A DNA stretch of 55,749 nucleotides, filler included, from Catajapyx aquilonaris (GCA_000934665.2; 3 parts of 3 records of this genome joined end to end with filler, not necessarily neighbours in it), one strand, 5' to 3'; shown: positions 34,509 through 55,749, numbered from the whole stretch's first letter. A program made the numbers and translations. The notes: generated by a model from the letters alone, not told the origin.

Positions 34509-35509
34509 CCGGAGAACAGCAAGGTCAACAACGGCAACAAAATTGATGTCAAACACTGCCAATGCCATTTGACCTTCACATTTTATTTATGACATCGTAG
34601 TGCGAAGAAAGGTCAGCTATATGCCTATATCTCTCAAGCAGAACAGGTACAGAGGCGTGAAATTATACCCTCGCCATTTCTATGAATATTTACGCCATCT
34701 TCTAGTTAAACATTAATCAGTCATTGACTATGGACGATAAAACCAAGTGCAAAGAAAGGTTGACAATAATATTGTGAAATATAATTTCTTTTACAAGGCA
34801 TGTTATGGCTAGGCACAACCCAATAAACAGGACAAAAAATGACCCTGTAATTTATGATGTGTAAAAACTAACCTTTCCTTGTCCATCTCAATTATTTGAT
34901 CCCGTCTTCTGGCTTCAGCAGCATCTAGATATCTTCTGTTCTCCAACAGCCTTTATTTCTTCTCTCTCAATCCAATGCTGTTAAATATGTGCAGCCAGTA
35001 GTTCCAGTTCTCTGAATAAACCTGTCCTTTTGGAAGCACAAGTCCTTCGTACACAACTGCTGCGCCATCGTCGGATATAAAAGAAACGTCCTGTCCAATC
35101 ACATCCAAATTAATCAGTGACTTTTTTAACCATCCGCTCGATTCCATGCAGACGTTGTCTTCAGTAACAACGTTCTGGTAACACTCATCCCAATCTGTTA
35201 CTGTTTATATTATGTCACATAGTATTTTAAAAGGGTCATTATCATTAACATCAAGACTACCCTGAAATAAATCGTAAGTCTCCTTCGACATTTTAATATG
35301 AAAATTAGAGAGCTGCAATTTCTCAAAAGTGTCTGGGACATCCTCTCTCGGTACATTAAAATATTGCTTAAGTATATATAAACATTAATATGTTTCTAGG
35401 GGAATTAATGAATTTAATTCTCATATTTTAAAATACAAAATGGGCATTTATCTCTAAAATTTTTAGGGATATATCCTACAAGTCTCCCTGTTTATTATTA
35501 GAATAATAT

Positions 35510-35574
35510 TGTGGGATAAATGCTGTGCGCAGCTTGAAAATATTTTTCAAGCTGCGCACAGCATTTATCCCACA
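35510..35574. repeat. Perfect hairpin, 31-bp arms and 3-nt loop
   Basis: TGTGGGATAAATGCTGTGCGCAGCTTGAAAA-tat-TTTTCAAGCTGCGCACAGCATTTATCCCACA. Confidence 0.9.
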
Positions 35575-35779
35575 TAGGATATACAATATGATTACAATGT
35601 ATTCATGACAAATTATGAAACGAAATACTGTATTTCATCCATAATTAATGAAGTAATTTATCGCTGATCTTATTAATATTTAACATATATCAGCACGTAT
35701 TACAAAAAAACATCATAATAATAAAACGTCGGCATTGTTTAATAAAAGAACTACTCAAATAATGCTCCTCTTATAGTCA

Positions 35780-36299
35780 CATCACCTGATTCAAAACATT
35801 TCCTGAAGACCATCAGAAATTACAATTCGGCCTTCCAGATGACATTTTTGGGGGCCAACGTTGTAAGAGAAGGGGGCTTCATGCCTACATTCAAAGTGCA
35901 ATGGAAAATTTACCATTGCATAGGATCACTCCTTCCTTCAGAAAATCAGAGTCCGCGGTTTCTGCAACTTTACTTCGTGGGGAACATGCAACAGCAGGCG
36001 CAATACCGTTGCACCTACTTCAACGGCACACGCCTCGACATCATACTGCAACTTCAGGAGATGATCCATTGCACCCACACTTATGTCAAAAGCTTCAAGC
36101 TTGCACTTGAGAGTCTTCCTCCTCTGGAATTTGACTTGGTCATCGATGCAGACAAGCGACCACAAGGCGAGCATCGTGGTCGATTCAATCAACCTTCTTG
36201 CAATGAGATTGCTGTCATCATGACTGGTCAGGAGCATGGTAATAAGAGGGATATTGTGTTGAAGCTTCGCGACAACACGCATCATCTATGCAATTATGA
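35780..36299 (+). mobile_element. Helitron Rep/helicase N-terminal fragment (truncated by the linker)
   Basis: SKHFLKTIRNYNSAFQMTFLGA...PTFKVQWKIYHCIGSLLP...PRFLQLYF...HRGRFNQPSCNEIAVIM...RDIVL, characteristic of Helitron proteins. Confidence 0.88.
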
Positions 36300-36399
36300 N
36301 NNNNNNNNNNNNNNNNNNNNNNNNNNNNNNNNNNNNNNNNNNNTTAATTAATTAANNNNNNNNNNNNNNNNNNNNNNNNNNNNNNNNNNNNNNNNNNNN
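36300..36399. other. Artificial contig linker (N-run with TTAATTAATTAA)
   Basis: Same 100-nt design as 18081-18180. Confidence 0.9.
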
Positions 36400-36564
36400 T
36401 CTCCCACTCATTCATCACTGCCCTCCTACAATACCACCAGTCACGACTTTTTCTGCTTCACCTGCCCCTCTTCTGATTGATTTATTTTCCGATCCAAAAT
36501 TGCCCAATTTTTCTGTCCAAAACACTGAATTTCAGCTTCATCCAGCACACAACGGAAACAAAGA

Positions 36565-36598
<34 letters not shown>

Positions 36599-38370
36599 GA
36601 ACAAGGGGGGGTTTCGAACTATCAGGCGTGGCTGTGCGGGGCTGAGTGGGGAGCACCTTGCTCCGGTTGATGATAAGGAGGGGGTCGTTTATTGGAAGGA
36701 AAACAAAAATAAGCTCGGTCACCTCTTGAAGGTCGACCAGGAATTGGGTTGGGCTGGGAAGAAGCTGGAATGCAACCTTGGCTACTCTTTCCATATGAGA
36801 AAAAAATTTACGCAACCGATATTACGCCTAGTTTCAATTATAGGGGTTGTGCTAAATAGTCGAGCAACGCTCCCAGTACCTGTCCATCAAAAAACATCAA
36901 CACAGGTGCACTCAAGCCACATGCAAAAAAAAACACACACACACAAAAAAACATCTTCCTCCTTTTTCTACAGGAACATCCTTGCTTGTACAACTGTACC
37001 GTAACATCCTTCATGGGCGTTGGGCACGGAACTTTTTGTCTTTCCTTACACAGGTGGGAAGAAACATATGGATGCAGACGGAAATTAAGATATAGACGAA
37101 GAAGAAAAAAAATGGATAGCACCCCTTCCGTGTAACACTGCACACTCGAGTGCCCGGAAAAGCGGTCTTGCTCGGCTGCACTTTGCAACCACTAGAAATG
37201 CGAAAATTGTGCACGCACATGGACCAATGGACCGAACTCGACAGTAACTTCTTCAGTCTTCACCAAGGTGTGGAGAAGCACCATTACCCCTCGCAAAACT
37301 CATCCATGACCCCCCAGTCCCTAGGGGGTGGTGGAGGACAGGACAGGTTCAAGTCACTCGCGTACAAGGAGCATGTAACCTGTTTGGCGCCGTTAGCACC
37401 ATCTTCCAAGACGCGTTGTTGCCTACTTTCCTCTCAAAAACTGTGCAATTACATCTAATAATAATAATATTAATAATAATCAATATGATGTTAATATTAA
37501 TAAAAAATAAAGAATAATACTTTTTAAAATCACCATACGCAAAACACACCTATCTAGCTTATCTGTCCGCATATCATGCCCTATATAGCCACCCTAGAAA
37601 TAAACCCGGAAAACACTAGCAGGTCCTTCCCACGAGTACAGACTACCCACACGTGCACATTACAATATCAGAAAAGGACGAACCAACCTCTTCCTTCGGT
37701 GGCCAAGCAGCAACTGGACAGACCAGATTGTTGTATCCTGCTCAACCCCCGCCAAACCTCACCTACCAAACAAAACTTGCAAGGCTCAAATCAGGCTCGC
37801 TGGACCATCACTTTTCGCAGCATTTCCGCAAAAATATGTCCCAAAAACCAGGGTCAAGCCACAAAATATTTACAGCACTCAATCGAGCAGGGTTATTCAC
37901 TTAAAACTGAATTCAGAAGACTGCTGCAGGTGCAGAAATGGAAAGTTCGGTTCTGCTTCAGAGATGGCTAATCGCAACGGATTTTCGTTTTTTTTTTCTT
38001 TTTCTTTTCTTCTCCCCTTCAACTTGGCCATCATGCCCAACTTTGGGCATAACCCGGCTTTTTCAATCAGACGGAACCAAAGTCTGCGTTGTATCACCCG
38101 ACGCGTCCTTTGGCCTCGGCTTATCGTTAATTCTCAGAGATAGTCCAGCCCATCTGCACTTGGGCCTGCCAGTACCGTATAAACCCTCCCTGCCAAACTG
38201 GCCAGGGTGTGGCAAAACCCGCTACTGCAAATCAATGTGTGCCATCTTGGGCGTACTGCACAGAGACAGCCCACATCCCATAGTTTATTTTCGGCAGTCT
38301 TTCGGGGTGTGGCATTTATTTAAAAAAAAAACCCTGATCACATGACCCAAACCAGCCAATAGTCACTCAC

Positions 38371-47309
<8,939 letters not shown>

Positions 47310-47887
47310 CTTGCCCTTCTTCCGGATTCACAACACTCACAAACACCCCGTCACTTCAACGGTTCCCAACCGGACATTCCCAGGCGAGTTGACGGCCAAG
47401 ATCAACCTGCACTCGCGGCCATGTTTCGCCGTTGACTGACTTCACTGACTGATCCGCTGGTTGTGCGCCTCCTCCTCCCTAGATTCAAGGGTGAGGGATG
47501 GATCCGCTAGAGGGGAGGTGTTGTCGGGAAGAATCTTGTGGTGGCGAAGGGGTTAGAAGTCATGCGGACTCTAGTGTTCGTTTTTCTAAACATTTAAATT
47601 GCGGGAGGGAGCCGGTAGATGGCAGAACAATAGGTGATTCAAAAGCATTACAGTACTGTATTTCCTCAGTATCTGCCACGATCTAGTGATTGGCTGTTTG
47701 AAATTTTATTTATTTATTATTACCCCGTGATAGGGCCATGGGCCCTTTTAGAGGGGAATGGGAGATTCCCTAGGCAGGGCACTCTTAATCGGTATGTAGT
47801 CATTTCTGACCTTAAATAATTTTGAATTGCGCTTAAAATGAAGCCTGAAATGTTTTCTTGATATTTACGCATTTTTTAAAAATTACG

Positions 47888-48216
47888 TTACCCCGTGATA
47901 AGGCTGAGCCTTTTTAGGGGGGTGGAATACCACCATTTCACTCCATTTTTCCTATTATCCTCATTCACCGGAGCAAGGAGTCAAGGATGTAGGGTAGGGG
48001 TAGGGATTTTTGGGGAGGGAACATTGGTGCAAGTGCAATGTCGGTAAAGGGATCATGTGCTGTCCCCCAGGAGGTTAGGTTGCCAGACACCTCCTTGGTG
48101 CAGGTCAGAGACCCTCCTGACGCAGGTGAAAGGAAAGTTCCCCAGGCGGGGATCGAACCTGGGGTCTTTCACTCAGCAAGCCGAGACGTTACCATCTCGG
48201 CCATCTACACCTCCCC
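47888..48216 (-). mobile_element. tRNA-derived SINE (family B), copy 2
   Basis: Closely similar, on the reverse strand, to 39607-39972 (GGCCGAGATGGTAACGTCTCGGCTTGCTGAGTGAAAG...TCTGACCTGCACC...ATCACGGGGTAA). Confidence 0.88.
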
Positions 48217-48484
48217 GATTTACGCAAAATTTGGATGGACGATTTTGGGTATTAGACACTGAAATAATATAAAAACATTTTGTGCGCCAAATGCGTCCCG
48301 TAAATGTAGTCACCTCAATTTGCATCAAAATATCACCGATATTGTTGCTTTAAAAATTCATACCGCATCTTATGAGAAAGACTGATTTAAGAACTCTATA
48401 CGTTAGTAATAATATATACCGATGTCAATGGCCAATTACAAGAGATAAGAGGCCCCCATTTTTAAGCGCTTTGAGGAAGGAGCA

Positions 48485-49116
48485 AGTTTCAGAATTTTTA
48501 TTGTCGTGTACGGATGTCCAAATGAATTTTCACGTGGCTGAATGACGAATTAGTCTACATATTTCTCAATCTAGGAAAATGTTTGAAGCTGCCATTTCAA
48601 CCATTACTCAATTGTTATTAAGCAACAATTAAGTAGTTGTTCTCATCAAAATCGCTGGCCCTATAATTATAGTAACTTCGCGTTTGGCTCGTTGCCGGTC
48701 GCAGTGCCATTTTGCGTTGGGAGGTTTATCAGGGTCATACATGGAAGCAAGCAAGTACTTGAACGTATGAAAGTGTAGCTAGAAACGCCGAAGATTCTTC
48801 CAGCAGGCCTCCAACTCGGAGAACCCTTTTCCCACCAATATTATTGACAATCGATTCCATTTTTGATTCCAGTAATGAATCCTTGCTAAATGCTATTGTT
48901 GCATGTGTTCATGGACCGGCAGCGAGCCAAATGTGAAGTTACTATGGCCAGCGATTTTGATGAGAACAGTTACATTATTGTTGCTTAATAATAATTGCGT
49001 AATGGTTGAATGGCAGTTTCAAACATTTTCCTAGATCGACAAATATGTAATTCATCATTCAGCCACGTGAAAATTCATTTGAACATCCGTACACGACAAT
49101 AAAAATTCTGAAACTG
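48485..49116. mobile_element. Long-armed palindromic MITE with 7-bp flanking direct repeat
   Basis: Inverted arms of over 200 bp (AGTTTCAGAATTTTTATTGTCGTGTACGGATG... / ...CATCCGTACACGACAATAAAAATTCTGAAACT), with AGGAGCA at 48478-48484 and 49117-49123. Confidence 0.85.
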
Positions 49117-49320
49117 AGGAGCATGTCCAGGAAGGGCAGGAACACTATCTGAATCAGCTGGGGAGTGCGTACGATGCAACCCAGTTCTATCTTCAACTTC
49201 ATTGATGGCCTCATGGATCTCGCCTGCCTGGTGTAAGTATAGTATTTTGAGAGCAAGATTGGAGTATGATTTAATTGACAACTTTTGTGTAGGTAGGTAT
49301 TGTCCAACCACCGAGACATA

Positions 49321-49520
49321 GAGTACGTTTACATGGGACTAATAAAAATCGGCCTGACCCAGGCTTCCTTAGCAAGGCCATCGCCTTAGGTAGACCACCC
49401 GACCCAAAAGGCTTGGGCTGCGCCCGACAACGGATCATATATGGCCCAGCGGCTACATGGGAGTAAACCGGTTCGCCTAGCATAGACTAGGCCGATTTTT
49501 AGTCCCTTGTAAACGTACTC
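49321..49520. mobile_element. 200-bp MITE with 3-bp target duplication (PIF/Harbinger-like)
   Basis: ATA|GAGTACGTTTACATGGGACTAA...TTAGTCCCTTGTAAACGTACTC|ATA. Confidence 0.75.
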
Positions 49521-51968
49521 ATATACTCCGTTCCGCAAGGCCTGGTTCAAAGAGAATGTGGATGTCCTGCTGCAGCGTCAGGGACGAGTTGCACTTCACA
49601 AGGGAGAATGAACCCTTATTGAGTCTGGTCATGTTTTCTCTCCTGCGCATGCGCATAGCATTGAGCTCCTTCATGGCATATGACAGAGCCATCTGTCGAC
49701 AACAAAGGGCACTTCGCCCTGTACCTTTGGATGAATTGGTTATTGATTAATTAATGATCAAAGACTGCCTAATTGAGTCTTGCCCACCCTGTAGATATAA
49801 GCTAAATCATTAAATGCAAGGTAACCTACAAGGTATGATATTATGAATTTGGCCGCAATTCAAGAGAGCTGGTGACACTTTTTTGAGGAGTGACTACCCC
49901 CATGGTTCAAGCCCTTGTTCTGGATTTACCAGGTGTGTTGCTATTGATCTCACGACCCAGCTGATGTTTAAAAATGGCTGTAAACAAAGTGTCATTTTCA
50001 ACACAGTCATGTTCAGATTGGAAGGCTCTTTATTCCATGGACAAGCAAGAAAATTACTTCTCTTTGGTGTGATACAGGTACAAAATCATGATTACTTAGC
50101 ATGTGGGAGGCATCACTGAAGGGCTGTGGTCTAGTCAAAACATGAGTACATACGTCGCTCAATTGAGCCTATGATTACCTTTGTACTCCCCTCTCACACA
50201 CACCTTCTTACTTTTATTCATTCCCCCTCTTTGCTGAATCTTTTGCTGACTTCTTGCTGACTCTTGCTGACTTTGCTGAATCTTCTTTCACCACTTCAGG
50301 GCCCTGATGATTAGCCTCAGCTTCAGACTCTTCTTCAGCAGCAGCTGAGTTGTTTGCCTGAAGCTTCTCTGGACAGCACACGAATGATATTATTAGGACA
50401 TGTCAATAAGTTTGCTGTAAATCTATATCACAATCCATATTAAGTGTTTGCTTTTTAATGGTTTCCATATTAGTTTTAGATAGAAAACTGCACCTTAGAT
50501 ATTTTGATATAACTCAGGTAAAAGAAATAATTAAATGTAGATAGAACCTTGCGTAGTAAATTTCAGCACTTACTTTTTGCAACAAAGGCCTCCTTGCACT
50601 TATCCTTGATTGCAGCAATTGAAAACAAACTTTCATCATCAGATGATTGACCTTCAACGTTAGTGGAGATGTTCTCTATATATCTGTCATATTTCGCCTT
50701 GGCAGCTTCTTTGGCCTTCCGGTATGCATTCTCTATTTCCTTCATGTTGTATTCAAAACGGGACTGAACTGAACCACAATCCTCCTCATAACATTCTTTC
50801 TCCAAAGCTAGTCGCTGTTGGTAGATATCCCTTATTTCTGTTTTATCTTCGTCTGCCACAAAATAACTTAAGCTCTTATCCAAATCTATCATTATGCGAG
50901 CCTGCGATTTTGCGAATGTTGCCTTGTACGTTTCTAAACCAGACTTCAATTTCTCTACTGCCAGAGAGTGTTTTCTTTCCTTCTCTGATTCAGCCGTGGT
51001 CAGGGCATTTTTGTATGACTCCACAGCTAGATCATCGCCTCTTTTTATTCCTCCTGCAATAAGTCGTATTGACTCAGCAGATTCAGCCATACCTGCACTG
51101 TTTCTGGAACAACAAATTTGTAAATTAAAACAATATGTAGCATGCAGTGACAGGTACATATAAAATTCGAGCTGCCAAAGGCGATGCATTTATTACAACT
51201 GCAACATGAAAACTGACACACCAACTGTCAATTGCAAGTTAAAAACTTAAAACCAAAATATATTGTACTAGACTAAACAAGTTCCTCAAAAAAATGAGCA
51301 AATAGAATTATTAACCACAAAATTATTAACCAAAGATGTTAGCACTTTTGGAGACTGACTAGGTGTTACGGTGTCTTGGAGAGATGACGAATCAGGGCCC
51401 TTCTTCTTAGTAGGAATCTTCAAATACCCTGCTCCAGACCTTGCTTGTTGTAAGTGTGATCCTTACTGGTAGAGCTCATTTGGCAGCCTTCCTCCTGGGC
51501 CTGAGGTATTTCAACGCTGTTCATACCCCTGGAAAGTGTCACAAATAGGAAGTCAAATATTAATAAAATTAATAAGGAATGTCCATTGTGGAGATTGTGC
51601 TCCATACTCTAATGTTGTTTTGCTAAGTTGGTAACTTCATTAGCAGGAAATAGTGACATGCAATGATATGGTTGTTTACAAGTTTTGCAAAAAAAGAGAA
51701 CAAAACCCTCACAACTGCATTGCCGGCAAATGCAGTGAGAGCAAAAACATATTTAGCCTGAAACTTTCACATAAGCAGTATGTAAACTTCAATGATTCAT
51801 GCACCAATACTAGAAGACTTTCCCATCAAAGGAAGCAATAAATTAGCACATGCCTGCTATTGTATAAAATTGTCAATTCTAAGGTCAGCTTTCAACCCTT
51901 TGATGCCCGAGTTTTATGGGCCGTTTTCTTCTCTTTTTGACCAAAATTTGTAGTAGGAGTGATATGAA

Positions 51969-53125
51969 AGGGACACTCCACTCAAAATACAAGTTGTGTT
52001 CTAAAAATCGGGCAAGGAATCCTGATTCCGAGGGTATAAGCAATTTTTCTGGGAGACGAACGGTAAGGCCAGGGCGAGAGGTCAGATTCGTAAAATAATA
52101 GTCTCCCGCCAGCGAGTGGAGACGCCTGGCAGGCACGCCAACGCCTCGTGGGGGCCAGACGGCGAACCACACATAAGTAGCTATTTTCTAGCACTACTAG
52201 CAGCTACAAGTAACTGCTAATGACAAGTCTCTCGCCTAGGCCAGTGCATGCCACACCTAATTGTTTAACAACAAAATGACTAATGGTGTAGCCTGGCAGA
52301 CACCAATAGTGCTTCATATGGGAATTAGTCATTGAAACAGAGCCATCTTCTGGGCCCTAACACATATTAGCTGCTATTCTGAAACGCGTCGCGGTTATTC
52401 TAAGATGGCGCCGCCCAGTGATTCGTTCCGGGACGGAATGTAATGGAAATGAGTGCGGCTCTTGGCTCTGCTGCTGCGATGGAGGGTGCCCATGATGGAC
52501 ATGGCCAGGAGGGACCAGACGGCCCCCAATCCACGGCGCATGGCCTCCTACCCTATCAGTTGGAGTGGAGGCACTGCTGGTGCTAGTGCGGATGACCAAC
52601 ATACTGATGTCGGCGATGATGAGGTCGTTGGGCGGCACCCGTACATGCCGTACTTCGAACGATGATTATGACGAGGTCGATGAGAGCGATGGGGACGACG
52701 AGGACAGATGCGTCATGTTCTGCCGCCTGTCAGGCAGGCTCATTGTTATTTGGATATGCGGACTATAAACAGATATGTTGGTGTCCCATCTGGTTTCACT
52801 TTGCACTCCTCAACCACTCACGTGGGCCAAAGTCACACTTCCGTGCGAAGATGACATCACCACTAATCTTCTGGGTCGGTGGAAAGGTAGAGCACGGTCC
52901 GTTTCAAATCCGCGCCTACCGCTCTCTAGTTCTGCCCTCACCTACCCTCAGAGGGTGGCGTCGCCACCTGCGCCGAGCCGTTTGAGCGCGGTTTTCGAAC
53001 GACACACTTCCAGCCTTCGCCCTGGCCGTACCGTTCGTCTCTCAGAAAAACTGCTTATACCCTAGGAGTCAGGATTTTTTGCCCGATTTTTAGAGCCCAA
53101 CTTGTATTTTGAGTGGAGTGTCCCT
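51969..53125. mobile_element. Non-autonomous Kolobok-like TIR element
   Basis: TIRs of about 110 bp (AGGGACACTCCACTCAAAATACAAGTTG... / ...CAACTTGTATTTTGAGTGGAGTGTCCCT), flanked by TGAA on the left and TTAA on the right, with purine-purine termini. Confidence 0.75.
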
Positions 53126-53129
53126 TTAA

Positions 53130-54125
53130 GAGGGCCGGGTCATTAGATTTCCCGACACTTTTTAGGTGGCAGCGAGTCGAAATCGGGCGCGCTGACTCGT
53201 CTTCGTTCGACGAATTCTGGCGCTCTGTTTGAGATACGGACACGCGGTGTTTTGCATCGTCCGGAGAAAGAGCTGGCGCTTCTTCCGGTCATGGAACGGT
53301 TCTAATCGGCCAATAAGTAATCGATCGGCAATGGGAAACACATTTTGGAATTGACGTCGCGACGGAGCCGGTCATTTGAATTTGGCGAATTGGAGTGTAC
53401 GACCCTACCGTTTATCTCCGTGCTGACCCATTTTGGAGCCATTTGGGCAGTTTTCATGGCATAAAACTGGGCAAAACTAGACCCCCTCCACGGCCCCGAA
53501 ACCAGGTCTGCCGATCGGAGGCAGAACGGCAACAGCGTGTGTTACTATAGGAGAAGTTTGTTGTTACATTTGGTTGTTAAGGGGATGGAACAATGGACAG
53601 TGGATTATTTGATTTATGTTGGCACAGTCACGATATTGCCTTTCTCCCTCCGATCAGCAGACCTGGCTGAGGACAACCAAATGTAATCAACAAACTTTTC
53701 CTATAGTAACACAGCACGCTGTTGCCGTTCTACCTCCGATCGGCAGACCTGGTTTCGGGGGCCGTGGAGGGGGTCTAGTTTTGCCCAGTTTTATGCCATG
53801 AAAACTGCCCAAATGGCTCCAAAATGGGTCAGCACGGAGATAAACGGTAGGGTCGTACACTCCAATTCGCCAAATTCAAATGACCGGCTCCGTCGCGACG
53901 TCAATTGCAAAATGTGTTTCCCATTGCCGATCGATTACTTATTGGCCGATTAGAACCGTTCCATGACCGGAAGAAGCGCCAGCTCTTTCTCCGGACGATG
54001 CAAAACCCCGCGTGTCCGTATCTCAAACAGAACGCCAGAATTCGTCGAACGAAGACGAGTCAGCGCGCCCGATTTCGACTCCCTGCCGCCTAAAAAGTGG
54101 CGAGAAATCTAATGACCCGGTCCTC
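53130..54125. mobile_element. About 1-kb near-perfect palindromic Kolobok-like MITE with TTAA target duplication
   Basis: TTAA|GAGGGCCGGGTCATTAGATTTC...GAAATCTAATGACCCGGTCCTC|TTAA, with highly similar arms of about 440-450 bp. Confidence 0.88.
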
Positions 54126-54501
54126 TTAATGAAAAACAATATGATCCAATATTTATCATTTTAACTCGTGGTGGTCCTTTTGAATGTAAAAAGCCGAAAA
54201 AATTCACCTACAGAATGTCCCAGAAAAAAATTTAAGTGCAATTAACTTTAAACTTAAATTTATTTAAACTTTTAAAATCACTATAAAATTGTTACTATGG
54301 TTACATAATAATACTTAAACACTGTACTATGAGAAAATCCTGGAAAGTCTATTGTTTATCCGCACCTAGCGACGAGGCGGGGTTGGGATAGCGTGGTGGG
54401 CTCCAAACATGTTGGCTACTGATCGCAAACAATCGGTTTCCGGGAGAGCACCTTAGGATAGCACAGCCCACGGACACTACCCCTATCTTCTGGGCTTATC
54501 A

Positions 54502-54801
54502 CCTGCCGAGGGATTACGCACCGGGTGCTCCCTTGACACCGCCACAAGACATTTCCCAGAGCATTTATATGGCGACCCTACCGGACTAAGGCTGAACTTT
54601 ATAGGTACGAAAGGGGAGGGCTACATTGGGGGGCCCAACATGGCCGCCGGCGGCCATGTTGGGCCAGCATGTAGCCCTCGAGCCCTCCGCTTTCGTACCT
54701 ATAAAGTTCAGCCTTAGTCCGGTAGGGTCGCCACATATATGCTCTGGGAAATGTCTTGTGGCGGTGTCAAGGGAGCACCCGGTGCGTAATCCCTCGGCAG
54801 G
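54502..54801. mobile_element. 300-bp palindromic element with no central spacer
   Basis: CCTGCCGAGGGATTACGCACCGGG...GGCCCAACATGGCCGCC|GGCGGCCATGTTGGGCC...CCCGGTGCGTAATCCCTCGGCAGG. Confidence 0.8.
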
Positions 54802-55484
54802 GGGTGGGTGGGGAGTGACCTAACCTGAGTCTTCTACAGCCATGGGATAGCACAACAAAGGGCGTCTTCTTACCCCTGGCGAACCGATCAGACGAGTGCT
54901 AGTACCTTTCAAGGGCGCGAGCTAAATATAGCAATCCGGGTTTTTGGGTGCTGAGTGACCATCCACTAGGTGGCAGGAGTTTGACCAGCAAACTTTTCCT
55001 TCTGCATGCAAACATTTTGCCGCCAGATTCAAAAACTCTCAGATCATATGATGCACGTAGGCGTCAAAGGGTTAAGAGTTCAAAATTTTGTCAGTCTTAT
55101 GAAGTCAAACTAGGGGTGTTATCTTGATGTGGACTTTAGTTGCTAGATGGCTCTGTTGTTGCCACGTTATGGCACATCGCAGCGTTGGTTACTATCCGAG
55201 CGCCATCTATCAACAAAACAGTCCGCTCGCCTAGCGCCTCTCGCGTGACACGTCTGAGCGCACCCGTTCCTTTTCTATGAACCCCCTCTAGATGGCGTTT
55301 CCGGACACGGGTTCCTTTGTCAAAAATACTTGTCTTGGTCCCCTCTATTACCCCTGAAAGTCTTTGCAGAGTTACAATAAACACCCTGTATATATACACT
55401 ACATATAGGTATAAGTATATAGGTATATTAGTATATAAGTATATAGGCATGTATGCATATACAGTAAGTATGACAGTAAGTATA

Positions 55485-55749
55485 CAGGGTGATCAAACTT
55501 TTTTGTCGTTTTAGTTATTGACAAATTCGGCCTAAGCTGCTTATATTGTAGTCCGTTACCTGGCAACCCCGTCCGGTGGGCCAATTCAAACATCAGCACA
55601 TGCTGGAGAGTGCTTCCATTGTTGCCACTGTTTACAAATCGAGTGAGTGACACGGACGACCCAGCGAAGGTTTCTGCCTGCTAACACATCAGTAGCAAGG
55701 GATACGCAGGGAAAATGATGATGTTACTGAGAACAAGTCATTTTGGGGA
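55485..55749 (+). mobile_element. Left end of a longer member of the CAGGGTG Tc1/mariner MITE family (runs off the window)
   Basis: TA|CAGGGTGATCAAACTTTTTTGTCG..., matching the 11862 element and extending past the point where that copy folds back. Confidence 0.85.

Larger units (their letters stand above)
48430..51531 (-). pseudogene. Decayed multi-exon gene encoding a coiled-coil protein of unknown function
   Basis: An open exon at about 51103-50573 (MAESAESIRLIAGG...KEAFVAK, ending A|gtaagt) splices in phase to about 50368-50178, which contains a stop. Further exon-like blocks at about 49725-49540 and 49229-49117 plus 48484-48445 are interrupted by MITEs. An upstream exon at about 51529-51333 appears frameshifted. 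Confidence 0.45.

Overview
Eukaryotic genomic DNA, most likely from an arthropod (pancrustacean-like): compact genes, many 50-60 nt GT-AG introns and a divergent ionotropic receptor. Two N-padded TTAATTAATTAA linkers (18081-18180, 36300-36399) suggest three contigs joined artificially, so gene order across them is unreliable. Segment 1 holds tRNA-Leu(CAG), a single-pass membrane protein gene ending in a PDZ-binding motif, kelch-like diablo/KLHL20, calcium channel flower (absent from the ORF track; three possible C-termini) and UBAC1/KPC2. Segment 2 holds a disrupted UMP synthase 3' fragment with an apparent transposon footprint, an FN3/GPI-like gene, EDEM2, two WS/DGAT-type acyltransferase paralogs flanking MRPL45 and an ionotropic receptor with an intronless CDS, and a Helitron fragment. 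Segment 3 holds the first six exons of CARMIL/LRRC16, a decayed coiled-coil gene and many palindromic MITEs and tRNA-derived SINEs. I found no CRISPR, prokaryotic or clearly new enzymatic system. The best leads are the Flower isoform architecture, the possible WS/DGAT-IR co-transcription, the UMPS footprint and the modular SINEs. Exon models were built by hand from splice signals and reading phase, and homologies are from memory; no search was run.
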